This document shows positions 49,690 to 62,344 of a stretch of 64,000 bases of DNA, piece after piece. The translations under genes were made by a program, and so were the position numbers. Each line of letters opens with the position of its first letter. Within the stretch, counting starts at the first letter, position 1. Source of the stretch: Octopus bimaculoides (Eukaryota); the NCBI RefSeq assembly GCF_001194135.2, contig NC_068984.1, positions 5,550,693 to 5,614,692 on the forward strand, given 5' to 3'. A model generated the notes under the pieces. The model did no database searches and was not told the DNA's origin. It saw nothing but the letters and a program-made list of their open reading frames with translations.

Positions 49690-49769
49690 CATATATAGAC
49701 ATATATATATATATAGACATATATATATATATAGACATATATATATATATAGACATATATATATATATA
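49690..49769. repeat. 18-bp minisatellite built from (AT)n with a periodic GAC
   Basis: Repeats of ATATATATATATATAGAC. Confidence 0.85.
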
Positions 49770-50495
49770 NNNNNNNNNNNNNNNNNNNNNNNNNNNNNNN
49801 NNNNNNNNNNNNNNNNNNNNNNNNNNNNNNNNNNNNNNNNNNNNNNNNNNNNNNNNNNNNNNNNNNNNNNNNNNNNNNNNNNNNNNNNNNNNNNNNNNNN
49901 NNNNNNNNNNNNNNNNNNNNNNNNNNNNNNNNNNNNNNNNNNNNNNNNNNNNNNNNNNNNNNNNNNNNNNNNNNNNNNNNNNNNNNNNNNNNNNNNNNNN
50001 NNNNNNNNNNNNNNNNNNNNNNNNNNNNNNNNNNNNNNNNNNNNNNNNNNNNNNNNNNNNNNNNNNNNNNNNNNNNNNNNNNNNNNNNNNNNNNNNNNNN
50101 NNNNNNNNNNNNNNNNNNNNNNNNNNNNNNNNNNNNNNNNNNNNNNNNNNNNNNNNNNNNNNNNNNNNNNNNNNNNNNNNNNNNNNNNNNNNNNNNNNNN
50201 NNNNNNNNNNNNNNNNNNNNNNNNNNNNNNNNNNNNNNNNNNNNNNNNNNNNNNNNNNNNNNNNNNNNNNNNNNNNNNNNNNNNNNNNNNNNNNNNNNNN
50301 NNNNNNNNNNNNNNNNNNNNNNNNNNNNNNNNNNNNNNNNNNNNNNNNNNNNNNNNNNNNNNNNNNNNNNNNNNNNNNNNNNNNNNNNNNNNNNNNNNNN
50401 NNNNNNNNNNNNNNNNNNNNNNNNNNNNNNNNNNNNNNNNNNNNNNNNNNNNNNNNNNNNNNNNNNNNNNNNNNNNNNNNNNNNNNNNNNNNNNN

Positions 50496-50535
<40 letters not shown>

Positions 50536-50569
50536 AAAAGAGTTACGGAATGGAGTATGGGAAGTCAGG

Positions 50570-50652
50570 GCTACATATATTTCGTAGCGAGTGGAACCTC
50601 AGAAGTGATAAAATTCGAGTGAGGTGTATACCGCGGGCTACTCTCTTCAGGC
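50570..50652 (-). ncRNA. Type I hammerhead-like motif
   Basis: GC-CTGAAGA-GA-GTAGC..ACCTCA..TGAGGT..GCTAC-GAAAT-ATAT-GTA-GC; lies about 37 nt from (AT)n. Confidence 0.55.
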
Positions 50653-52624
50653 TAAGGATATCTTGATTAGATTAAAGGCTACACTTTCGGAAGGAGGTAC
50701 GTGTTAACGCAGAGGGGATTCAATCAGGATGTGTCGGTGGGTGGGTGGTGGTCACAGTATGTGAGGGTATATAAATGAGGGGAGAAATAAGTAATAAAAG
50801 GAGAGAAAGAAAAGTAAATAAAATAAAGTAACAAATAGGTGAGTGAGAGAAAGGAGAACTGGACGGGTCGTTGGTAGATAACGTACACACACACACACAT
50901 CAGTTATTTTAAAGAGACAGAATCAATGCAACTGATATAGACATTTGTAGAATTAACCATTTTAAGTGGCAGAGGCGAGTGAATAGAATTGAAGGTATGA
51001 TGAAGTGATTAACAGCAGGTAGACACTGGTAGTGTCAGAGATCGATTACTTTCAATAGAGATAACATGCCATGTCTGATTAAAACTTTCAAGATACCAAT
51101 ATCAGAGAACAACTAGTTGTACCCATGTACAATAATCATACCCGAGCACTTTAAAAATTGTTTTCGTGTTACACCCCAGTTCAATATATAATCGAAACTG
51201 TCTATCAACCAGTCTAGTCTATTTTTCTCTTACCGAATCTCAAGCTCTCTTCTTTTTCTCCGATATATACATATAATGTTGTGTGTGTTTCTATGCGAGT
51301 GTGCGCGCGCACTCGTTTACCGGTTTGCGTATTGCGTGTATACATCTATATTCACGTATATAGGATTGTGTGCGTGCACACACACACACATAAATTCTTT
51401 TGGGGAATTGGATCTCGAAGTACTTACAAACCTATAAATAACAGCATGTAAATATCGAATTGAAAACCCCTTTTGTATAGAAAAGTCGAAGGTTGGCCGC
51501 GGGGTACGAACCTACATTTCCTGTAGACGTATATATATCTCGTATTTCCTCTCTTTCTCTTTTCCCCTCGTTGCTCACCTATTCTTCTACTTCCTCCCTC
51601 TGTTTCTCCCTCTACCACTCTCTCTCTCTTCCCTTTACACCGGCATGGTCACATGCTCCCGGTCAATAATCCTTTCCTTCCTTGGCTTTCGCCAAGCAAA
51701 GCACGCACCAATTTGTCCCTCTCGGGTCCGTGCCTCATCGCGTTCATACACACATAATTTTTCTCGTCTGGCCGTAAAGCCTTTTCTGTTTGTTTTCCTG
51801 TCTTGTTTTTTGTCCGCCACTACANNNNNNNNNNNNNNNNNNNNNNNNNNNNNNNNNNNNNNNNNNNNNNNNNNNNNNNNNNNNNNNNNNNNNNNNNNNN
51901 NNNNNNNNNNNNNNNNNNNNNNNNNNNNNNNNNNNNNNNNNNNNNNNNNNNNNNNNNNNNNNNNNNNNNNNNNNNNNNNNNNNNNNNNNNNNNNNNNNNN
52001 NNNNNNNNNNNNNNNNNNNNNNNNNNNNNNNNNNNNNNNNNNNNNNNNNNNNNNNNNNNNNNNNNNNNNNNNNNNNNNNNNNNNNNNNNNNNNNNNNNNN
52101 NNNNNNNNNNNNNNNNNNNNNNNNNNNNNNNNNNNNNNNNNNNNNNNNNNNNNNNNNNNNNNNNNNNNNNNNNNNNNNNNNNNNNNNNNNNNNNNNNNNN
52201 NNNNNNNNNNNNNNNNNNNNNNNNNNNNNNNNNNNNNNNNNNNNNNNNNNNNNNNNNNNNNNNNNNNNNNNNNNNNNNNNNNNNNNNNNNNNNNNNNNNN
52301 NNNNNNNNNNNNNNNNNNNNNNNNNNNNNNNNNNNNNNNNNNNNNNNNNNNNNNNNNNNNNNNNNNNNNNNNNNNNNNNNNNNNNNNNNNNNNNNNNNNN
52401 NNNNNNNNNNNNNNNNNNNNNNNNNNNNNNNNNNNNNNNNNNNNNNNNNNNNNNNNNNNNNNNNNNNNNNNNNNNNNNNNNNNNNNNNNNNNNNNNNNNN
52501 NNNNNNNNNNNNNNNNNNNNNNNNNNNNNNNNNNNNNNNNNNNNNNNNNNNNNNNNNNNNNNNNNNNNNNNNNNNNNNNNNNNNNNNNNNNNNNNNNNNN
52601 NNNNNNNNNNNNNNNNNNNNNNNN

Positions 52625-52660
<36 letters not shown>

Positions 52661-55117
52661 AAATAAAATGAGACATATACATGCTCATACAAGACCCGCA
52701 TGAGACTCCTCACTCGTATCATTATCGAACCGAGAGTTTAACTACGGTCTTTCCATTGCACTTACTTAGCGTTTACTGCCACCTTCCTCGGTTGGTTCAT
52801 AATTATTGCGGCTTTTTTTCAACGAATTTGATTCAACAGAAACAATAACAGCATGTAACAAAAACATCTTTAAATGATTATTCTGGAGCATATTCACCAT
52901 CTACTTCAATTACTGCTTCCCATTTGCTTGGCAGACGATCAGACCGTCATTTAAAGTTGTTTTTTTGTTAAATATTGTTTTTGTTGAATAAAATCATTTG
53001 TTGAAGTAAAAAAAAAAAAAGCCGCAACAATTATGCACCAACCCAATACAAACGATATCAGTTGCAGCAGTATAACTCGTGGAATATTGTTTAATAAATA
53101 ACCATTGTTATGTGGAATGCTCGGAAGTTAGAACATTCGACATAAACTCTTTATGCCTATGTTGGCAAGACTCAGAACACGAAGGTGCTGAAAATGTCCA
53201 AAATATTAAACTCCGCTTTTCCCCAAGTTGTGAGCGTATCACAACTCGTAACATAATTTATCACACCGCATTCAACACCTTATAAAATATCTTACAATAA
53301 TTCTGCTTGTTCCTCCGTTATTTAGCCCGTCCATAACGCTTTCACCTGATTAGTTGGTCAGGCGGGACGGGGTATGAAAGGAGGGGAGGGCAGGGGAGAA
53401 GAGGGGAGTGTAATGTGAAATTCTGTTTTGACTCAGCTTTTTTTCCTCCGTTACTTAGCCGGTCTGTAATGGTTTCACGTGATTAGTTGAAGAGAAAAGC
53501 GAAAATAAAGTTTCAAATTTTAGCACACCTTAAAATGTAACTACTTAAAATGAGAAGGTATTTGTGGTAGCGTGTACTAGAACTTCTGCATACGTTTTTG
53601 ATATAAGTTATAAACTATACTTCGGATTTGGATTTGGTTTGCGAGATTCTTTATGCGAGTTCGTGTGTTGAAACATATTTTTTGTGTGTGAAGAAAGTCA
53701 TTCTCTTTTAAACCAGTCAACGACTATTGAAAAAGTTGCAAGACACAACGAAAATTTAGGAAAAATATATAAGTAAATGAATGGAAACATTACCGGTGAG
53801 TGTGTTAAATTATAAGGCACTAAAAGAGAATGACTCTCACTAGACATGACCAAATATAAACTATATTTATTAAATCAAATGTATATTGTCATAGGAAATC
53901 CAGAAACGGTTTAGGAACCCAAATTTGCTTTCATTAAAATAGTTATGTTGCTATTTTGCATCATGACCAACACCGGGTATTCTGCTAGTAGAAATCATAG
54001 CAGTTCTCAAGATTTCTACGCGTGATTTATCTCTCTCAACTTTTTGTAATTATTTATTGATTAGTTTTTAAACATTGAAAAAAAAAAGTACCTTGTTTTT
54101 TCGTGTCTTCCACTCCCAGCAGATACGCATCTCTAAAACACACATGCAAATTTTATGAATTTGCTTCTGATTACATTAAAATCCGTCGCATTTATCAGGC
54201 ATATTCATGGAATCAAATATGTTATCTTCGTTTAACAAATTACCATTTCCCTACTGATCTATTGTAATCGTTAAACTACTTCGATGACTCATCGGTGCCG
54301 TCACTAATTGTAATATCGGCATCGTTTCGCAACTGACAAGTGGTTCTATTGTTTTCTTTCCATTTGCGATCTACTGATCTAACAGCCATTCTTTTAGATA
54401 ATCTATCGTTCTGATTCCTCTGTCTACAAGACATCTCTGCTGAAACAAAAAGACGTTGATAAAAACCAACGTTCATTGACGTTATGACCTCATGCTAATA
54501 GATTTATCATCAAACTACCACCTGGTATATAATCAGAGACTCTTCTAACCCGACGACACACCGAATGAGGTCTCTACGAGGTCACCCGACCTCCTGCTAG
54601 ATATAGCATACAAATTTTAATCAAGTAACAATAAAATGCAGATGTTAGAGCGCTCCACGGTATCTTTCCGATGTCTGAACTTCGAGTTCTTATCCTGCCG
54701 GAGTCAAATTTTCTTTACATCATTTCGGATTTGAAGACAAAAATATCACTCCATTATAGCGGATTGCTTGAACAGCAAACTGAAAGAACATTGGACTAGA
54801 TGTGTTGTGGTATTTATTTCGGTTCCTTACGTTCTCAGTAAAAATCCCTTTAAGGCTTATTTGGGTGTTAGACTTAAATCGTCCCTCGGTTTAACTAATG
54901 GGGATTGTACTGCAGTAAACATTGGCGACGGGTCTCCCCTCCCCCGCCAGTCTTGGAAACCTTATCAAAGATCCTGAGTGGGTTGTGCTTTCCCTCCTAC
55001 ATAAAAGTTGAAAAGCGACCATCTTAAGACAATGGATAATGTAGTTCATTTAAACTGCAATTATGATGGGATGGCTATGGCCGGAATGTCTTTCGCTGTA
55101 TGACGGCTCCAGCACAA

Positions 55118-55346
55118 TTAATCTGAAACTAAGCAACAGTCACAGCAAGCATAAAGTCTAAAGTGTAACGGGTTCGAATGAATCAGAGTCACTCTAGGTT
55201 TGCTGGACGTTTGAAACATCAGCTGCGCGAATTCACGGAAGTTTGCCAGGAGGCATCGAGATTTTATGGTTTCTGCACAAGTATTTCTCCTTGCCAAATA
55301 TATTTGGCCACCGCTGCCAACAACCAGAAGCAATCCAAGAATATAA
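55118..55346 (-). CDS. Weak candidate exon, product unknown
   Basis: Polypyrimidine acceptor TTTTTTTTTGTTTATTCTGTTTCTTTTGTCAG followed by an open frame YILGLLLVVGSGGQIYLARRNTCAETIKSRCLLANFREF..; no recognised homology. Confidence 0.15.
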
Positions 55347-55796
55347 CTGACAAAAGAAACAGAATAAACAAAAAAAAAAGAAGCATTTTCAGGACCGCAC
55401 TAGGATTTGCAGAGAAAAGAATCGTTGGTTGATGTTCCGGGTAATAATAGTGACAAGATGAAAGAAGTAGATTGCCAGGAAGAGTAGGAAGGTAGGTAAA
55501 CGCCTTTTCCTTAATACTTTCCAGATAGGTTATGGATCGATTATATATACTCTCCCCTGCCAAATATCAGTCACTATGTCTGTGTTTTATATCAGTAATT
55601 AGTAACGTCGTGATAAGAAAAGTAATGTCACAGTGGAAAGAGTTTATCTGCAAGATAAAAACTAATCACAAACTTCGTACCAAATATGTTGGTTGTAATC
55701 TCGGATTTTGCGGTCTCAGCAGAACATTCAACCCTCTACCCTTGCTGATGAACAAAATTTTATATTTTGGAGTTTTTTATAAATCAAGAGAAGATG

Positions 55797-55827
55797 AACA
55801 CCACCAACCAGTGTGGTTGGTGGTGTT
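55797..55827. repeat. Perfect 14-bp hairpin
   Basis: AACACCACCAACCA-gtg-TGGTTGGTGGTGTT. Confidence 0.9.
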
Positions 55828-56384
55828 TTTGGCAGCGATTTGCGATAAAAAAAACCCCAACTTATGTACTAAAGTTCATACAGGAGAGACGTTCCTGGCA
55901 CAGCCTTGTAAAACGTATCTCATTTGTTGACGCTTCAGGAACAACTCGCTTCTGAATCTATCAATTATGTTTCATCGTTTATCAAGCACCACCTTGATAA
56001 ATTTATAGCCATATGTTTCGACTTTAAAACACACCAACACCAGTTGTTAAGCGGAGACAGGGGAGAAATACACATGAAAAGACNNNNNNNNNNNNNNNNN
56101 NNNNNNNNNNNNNNNNNNNNNNNNNNNNNNNNNNNNNNNNNNNNNNNNNNNNNNNNNNNNNNNNNNNNNNNNNNNNNNNNNNNNNNNNNNNNNNNNNNNN
56201 NNNNNNNNNNNNNNNNNNNNNNNNNNNNNNNNNNNNNNNNNNNNNNNNNAATATAATATACAATATTATATATATTATATATATTATTTTATATTATATA
56301 TTCCATATTCTATATCCCACATTGGTTTTGCAGGAATATAAATAAAACATAAAAAAACAGTGTTGGAACTCTTTTAAACAAAAT

Positions 56385-56427
<43 letters not shown>

Positions 56428-56714
56428 ATACATACACGACTGTCTTTTGGTTTCCTTCCCGAGAACCATGCAGTTAGGAAGCAAGCTTCATGCCACACAG
56501 CTACATCTGTGCCTAGAAAATATATTCGAGAGTGGAATCATATAATTATCGTTCTCAGTGTTTAACTCAGTCAATTAGAAAATATGAAGGAAAATTTGGA
56601 AACAATTCAAATACCTTGCAATCTTCAGTAAGTAGTTATTCCTGTGTCCATCCAGTCATACTGAGGCAGAAGTATGCTTTCTATATACATATTTCGCTTC
56701 ACGAGTACTCTTTG

Positions 56715-56745
<31 letters not shown>

Positions 56746-58990
56746 GGTCGTTTGTATGGTCGCACGTAATAAACACGGTGCAAATGAGTATGATGTCATT
56801 ATTGCTACCTAAGGGAGAAAAACAAATTCCTTTCGATACACTTTTTAATGATGAGAAATTACAGAAAATACAATTAATAATAAAATAGGAAGAAATAGTC
56901 TCTATGCTAATCGCATACCTTCCTTCCGACACGGATACAACAGTAAAGCCTCTAAGTTGGCTAGCCATGTATGGGTTTTGATGTAAGGCCACACCAAATA
57001 CAATAAACTGGAAAATACTTGAAAAGTCCACACCATATGTCAGCGGATAAAAAGAATGAAAGCTATACGTAGCTGAAAGAACACAGATCCTTTTCAGATC
57101 TAAAACCTCCACCGCACTACTGAATTCCAGGTGTGAAATTTTTAGCGGTTGTAAAAATATGGATAATTTCCTGTCAACGAATTGGAAAACACCACCCTCT
57201 CCAGATTGAGTAGCTGTACCGCAGACTCTACGCCACTATCTAGTCAGCCCTATGACTTTACGGTCAAAGGGGACATAACTCTAGTTCACCCCCCCTCCTC
57301 CATTTCTTTTTCTGTTTTTTCAACTTTTCATCTTTTACATCTACTCCCTTCTCACCTTTTCTCTCATCCTATCGTGCTGTTTTAGTTTGTTGTGCCATGT
57401 CGGCATAGCTTGAGGATTGTGTGAAGGTACTAGACGTGTTATAAAAATGTTGTCTGAGATGTTTCATCGGATGAAACTTGTAGTAGTTCATGAAAATACA
57501 TATATATAAAATACATAATTATTTAGTGTACATAATGCACAAGCCCACGTTCTATATACTATAGAAAGTCGGTGGGGGTGGATTGGTTGATACATTTATA
57601 AATGGGTAGAATAAAGAAGCCCAAAAATGTGGACTTTTTTCTTGGTTTCCAAATCTTTGGGAATTTTAGCAATTATTAAAACCTCGCGAAGAATATTCGG
57701 ATATAATGATGAACTCTGGATTTGTAGTTTCTTCATACTATGCAAATCCTATCATTACAACTTCCGTTCGACCATTATCATACAGTTCTTGCTATAAATG
57801 TTATGACACTTGACTCGGACCATGTGATCGATTTAATTCATGGCTATTGTTTAAAAGAATTATCGATTTCTAAACCGACACAAGTCTTTGAAATACACCC
57901 CGAAGACATTCAGGAATAATAGCCTCTGTATCTTACTGGTATTTCATCGACATATTTGAAGTAGTTCGTAATTAAATGCTGCAACACATTTAGGTAAAAT
58001 TAGAGAACGTCGATGTAATTAACATGATTAATTGGATATCCTTGAGATAAATTAATATATTTGCGTATTTTAGATTTTTACATTATTTGTACAACCTGTA
58101 AGTGATATCATATTTGTGAACCATATTCAAATTTCTTTTGTCATAACAAGCATTATAAGTTATTGATATATTACGTTACATAAATATAAACAAATCCACG
58201 TCTAATACATATATTATGCAGAATGTATCGAATTCCATGAGATATGCAACTCATTGTTTTGACATATTTGTAATCATCGTAAGATGTATTTGATGAAAGG
58301 AATAAAAATTAAGTAAAACAGGAGAATCTAAAAAGGAAGACATTTACAATAATTCTTCTAAAGAATGATATGACGTTTAACAATCAAGAAATATTGAGAA
58401 AAATATGTACTTATCAGGTTTTTGCTTCACTTCATTTTGGTACAAAATATTACTTATCTTGAAGACGTCTATATTGAATAAATAATTTAAAAGAGGCTTC
58501 CATACTTCAGGTATTTCCAATTTAATTACACCGCTTTACTACATTAACTCCAACACATAAAATTAATTACTCTACTTTTCCTTATATTTCATGCAGTCTA
58601 CGGCCCATGTAAGGAGAAATATTGAGATAATTTAATTATGGTAAATAGCTGACTTTTAAAATAACACAAAGTGTATGCCCAAAATAATTAAAAATATTTT
58701 CTTTCTGACTTAATTTCTGCGACAGACTGATGTCATCGAATCTAAAATTATCTCGTTTATATTTTCTATCAATCGTAAATATTGATTTCCTAATTTCTAG
58801 TGTATATTATTCCAAATTGTGTCCCAATAAATGTCTGTTACGACATAAAATGTGGATCGACTTCACATTTTTGCTTATAATAATTAGATATTTAGTATTT
58901 ATTCTTGGCTTCGATCGCTTGTAATTACGTTAATAGCATAAATAAGTTTACTTTATTTATCTAAACAAACAAATTGTTTTTCTTTTGCAG

Positions 58991-59062
58991 TTATCTGTTA
59001 CTGTAGAAGTAGGACCCAATAATACAACGCTATCAAAATATATCAACGTTGTACATCAATAG
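58991..59062 (+). CDS. Weak candidate terminal coding exon
   Basis: Acceptor TTTTTCTTTTGCAG, then LSVTVEVGPNNTTLSKYINVVHQ*; AATAAA near 59640 and 59755. Confidence 0.2.
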   Translation, partial: LSVTVEVGPNNTTLSKYINVVHQ

Positions 59063-60599
59063 CGAAACTTTGATATCTGCTATCGTATGTTAGAACTTAG
59101 TACACCTTCCTATGGAGAGTGAAATTATTTAGTCACGGCTCTAATGGTTGGTCCTTACCACATAACCGCAATTTCAACAATAATTAAATACTGATCTATA
59201 GAAACCTACTGGATATAATTCACCTTTTTCTAGATTACATTCCTCCATTCAAAACTTCGAAGCACTTCGAGGTAGACAGCAATATAGAAATACTTTTCAG
59301 ATTCATATTTGTAACATGGAACATTTAATGTAAAAGATTAGAGAAATGTCTTATCTCAGACATGTTCGCTAATTAACCGTTGCCATTCTATTACGAGGCT
59401 GTCTATCAATGAAGGAGGTTTATTACCAAATACCGAACTGGCAGCCAAGCTATGTAAAGAGTCATGTGTGACTTTACTCCGTTTGTCTGCTCTTTTTACG
59501 AGTAACGATATTCACAATTGAACAGTTCACAGCTTTGTTTAGGAGTAAGGTTTTCTTGCATTCATCTACTTGTAAAAGAATGGATGAGGTGGATTTCAGA
59601 GAAACTCATACGCGTATCCACCAATCACTGAGTACTAGAAATAAAGAAACTGAAGATAAAGAGTACATCATTTATTGAATACCTTCTGTAATTCTTACTG
59701 CTTCTATTTGATATTTCATCGTACTATTTCTTTATCTGTATCTGCTGTTGGTGAAATAAAAGCGTTTATTTGATTATTGTATTTCAAGTTTGAGAAAAAA
59801 ACGTGCAAGTATAAGTAGCATCTAATAATGTCTAACCAGGTTGTATAATGAAGGTTAACCATGCTATTTGGTCACCGTTTTCGCAGCAGTTTCCTTATTA
59901 CATTTCAACTTTCGAGTTTACCAATCTCCATATTTTAATATTGTATTTATTAGATAAAATATTAATGATGACATTCACTGGAATGTATTTGGTTAATATT
60001 TCAGTGAACTAAATCTTTGCAATGAGAGATAATAGATTTTTGCGCCTTCAGTCTTCATTTTATAAAATTTTATTTTTGGTTAATTTAAATTTCCTAATTG
60101 TTAATTAAGATGTAATATTTTTAGTTCTGTTATATTCGTTAGGAAAGTCCAGAAAAAAATTGGAATTCATTATTTTGTGACAAATATTGGTAATTTATCT
60201 AATCCCAAAAAGTTGTAAACATTAAATATTAGTTCCAATTTTCGAATTCAATTATGAAAATAAATAAAATCCACTTATTGGTGTATTTAGACGACAAAAT
60301 GGTGGACTTGTTAGTACGTCGGACGAAGCGCTTAGCAGCATTTATTCCGGTACAAATTTACCTTTCCTGTCATCGGAATCGATAAAATAAAATACCAGAC
60401 ACTGATGTTTTATTTCTCATAAGGGGTACACACAGATGGGGACAATACAAGACATGTGGGGACACGAAACAAAGAAAAAAAAAACATAGGTGCAGGAGTG
60501 GCTGTATGGTTCCGGGTTCATTCCCACTACGTGGCACATGGGTAAAAGAAAATAAAGGAGAATCAGTTAATTATGATTTTATTCGACATGTCCCTCTCT

Positions 60600-60930
60600 A
60601 AGATTCACACACTTATTGCAGCCGTCCTTCGGTTTTTATAAGCCCTCTAAAAGAATTCGGAAGGTTGGGTCTCCAATCAGGCCTTTTCTCGATAACGTTA
60701 AAGCCAGGAAGTTTTCAGCACCCCCTCGTATATCCAACGGAGGCCTCAAAAAACTTGTTAAGACCCATATAGAGCAGAACTTATCTGCAGGTCTTGGAGG
60801 TCCAAATCAGAGGTGCAATCTATGCAGGTGTCTTTTCAAAACATTGTTTGGTTTAAAAAGCCACATCAGAAGCCATGATGGTTCTGAGGTACAGGAGGTG
60901 GTCAAACTCTGTATAAGGAGTAGACAACCA

Positions 60931-60933
<3 letters not shown>
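60600..60933 (+). mobile_element. RTE-type LINE 3' end with C-terminal C2H2 finger
   Basis: CNLCRCLFKTLFGLKSHIRSH followed by a short region GTGGTCAAACTC..GAGTAGACAACCA and an (AT)n tail. Confidence 0.6.
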
Positions 60934-60967
<34 letters not shown>

Positions 60968-62344
60968 AAATAATTTTTTTTATTAATGAAGAGTTGAATT
61001 TTATATTGATTACTGAGAATTTTGTGACAACCATTAAAAGCATTGTGTTTAGCAAAAATATACATAAGAAATATCTCTGAGTATCATTGGAAGTTTTGTG
61101 TCCTGGAATCTAGCTTGTGTACATGTGATATATTGTTTGTATAGAGTGGCTGTACTAAACACTGTTAGTTTGACATCAGTAAATTATTTGTGATTTCTTT
61201 TTATAGCTAGGTAATCCCTTTCTTGTAGCGCATGTGATTGCAATAACCGCGAATTCTCCCTCCAATCATATCCCACAGTCTGAAGTACGACGGAAACATT
61301 GGGTGATCTAGTCGAAGATATCCATTAAGAAGAAGGTCACGGCTGGAATACCGTTGACCATAGATGACCCTCGACATATAGAACTCCCAGTTCTATATGA
61401 TTTGTTGAGTGAAACATTAAAACCTTTCATTTCAACAAGATAACTACATTTATATTCAAACTGCCACTTTTCGTTTTATTTTATGATTACGTGTATTTGT
61501 GTCCTGTGCAACATTCTCCCGCCATGGCAGCCTGTGACTTTCCAGGCTGCTAGGACACATGTGGTAACGATGGGTACGGTACCTCTTGTAGCAGGTGTTA
61601 AGAGAGATTACTTCCCAGGCTTTCACATGACTTCATTCAACCACGGAATTTTTCATTGGAAGTTTTGCCATTTTTCAGTTACGGCCAGACAAAGAATACG
61701 ACAAGCAGTAGAGATGTTAAAAGTCAAGCGATACCTGTGCCTGGTGGTCTTTCAGGTTAAAAATTCTATCATGGGGACAAGCCCAGTCTACAAACATCGT
61801 TTGCATTTTTCCAAAAGGACGAGCTTGTCTCCATCATTCGATGCAAATGAAGTCGCAAGTGTCATATCAGTGTTTTCTTCCTTTAGAAAAAGATGTCTAA
61901 GCAAAGATTAGGGGACTCTCATTATTCAACAGCTGAGAAGCGTTTGGATGGCCGTTAAATCTACCGTGTTCATCCACTATTTAGCATGTTTTGATTTACG
62001 TCTTGCAAGTGTCGAACGGAAACCACACGCCCTGCCAAGCAGGTTTGGTCAACTTTTCTGTTTAGTAACCGATGGCCCAACCATGTGAGAGCTTTTCCTC
62101 TGTTATATAATTCCAGTAGCGCTATATATAGATGGGTGTATGTGCGTGTTCAACGTATATACGTACACGTATAGTCATGAATAGGATAAGAATGCTGTAG
62201 ACAGAGGGTTTAATAAGTGCAGAGAGATCGAGATGAACGAGAGATGTTAATTTATATCTCCGTGTGAAGACGTACTGAAAGTAACAAATACACAGGTTCA
62301 AGCGTCTGCATTTTTCTCATATATTTGTTTGTAATATTCTCACG

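Noticed and set aside
55850-55900. C2H2 zinc-finger gene relic (ICDK..VHTGE)
   Set aside because: Only the HTGE linker matches; Cys/His spacing is wrong and no adjacent fingers are present.
2037-56263. Long ORFs in the ORF track (200-380 aa) spanning N-runs or (AT)n/(CA)n
   Set aside because: They are open only because N and dinucleotide repeats contain no stops.
57455-57490. HHR-like CTGAGATG..GAAAC-TTGTA
   Set aside because: The core lacks N7, stem II overlaps GAAAC (the hairpin GTTTCATC/GATGAAAC), and stem I is only wobble pairs.
57620-57960. Degenerate GPCR or cadherin coding fragment
   Set aside because: Motifs appear only after assuming several frameshifts; unsupported.
61483-61911. 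142-aa ORF
   Set aside because: No recognisable motif and no splice or start context; within chance expectation.
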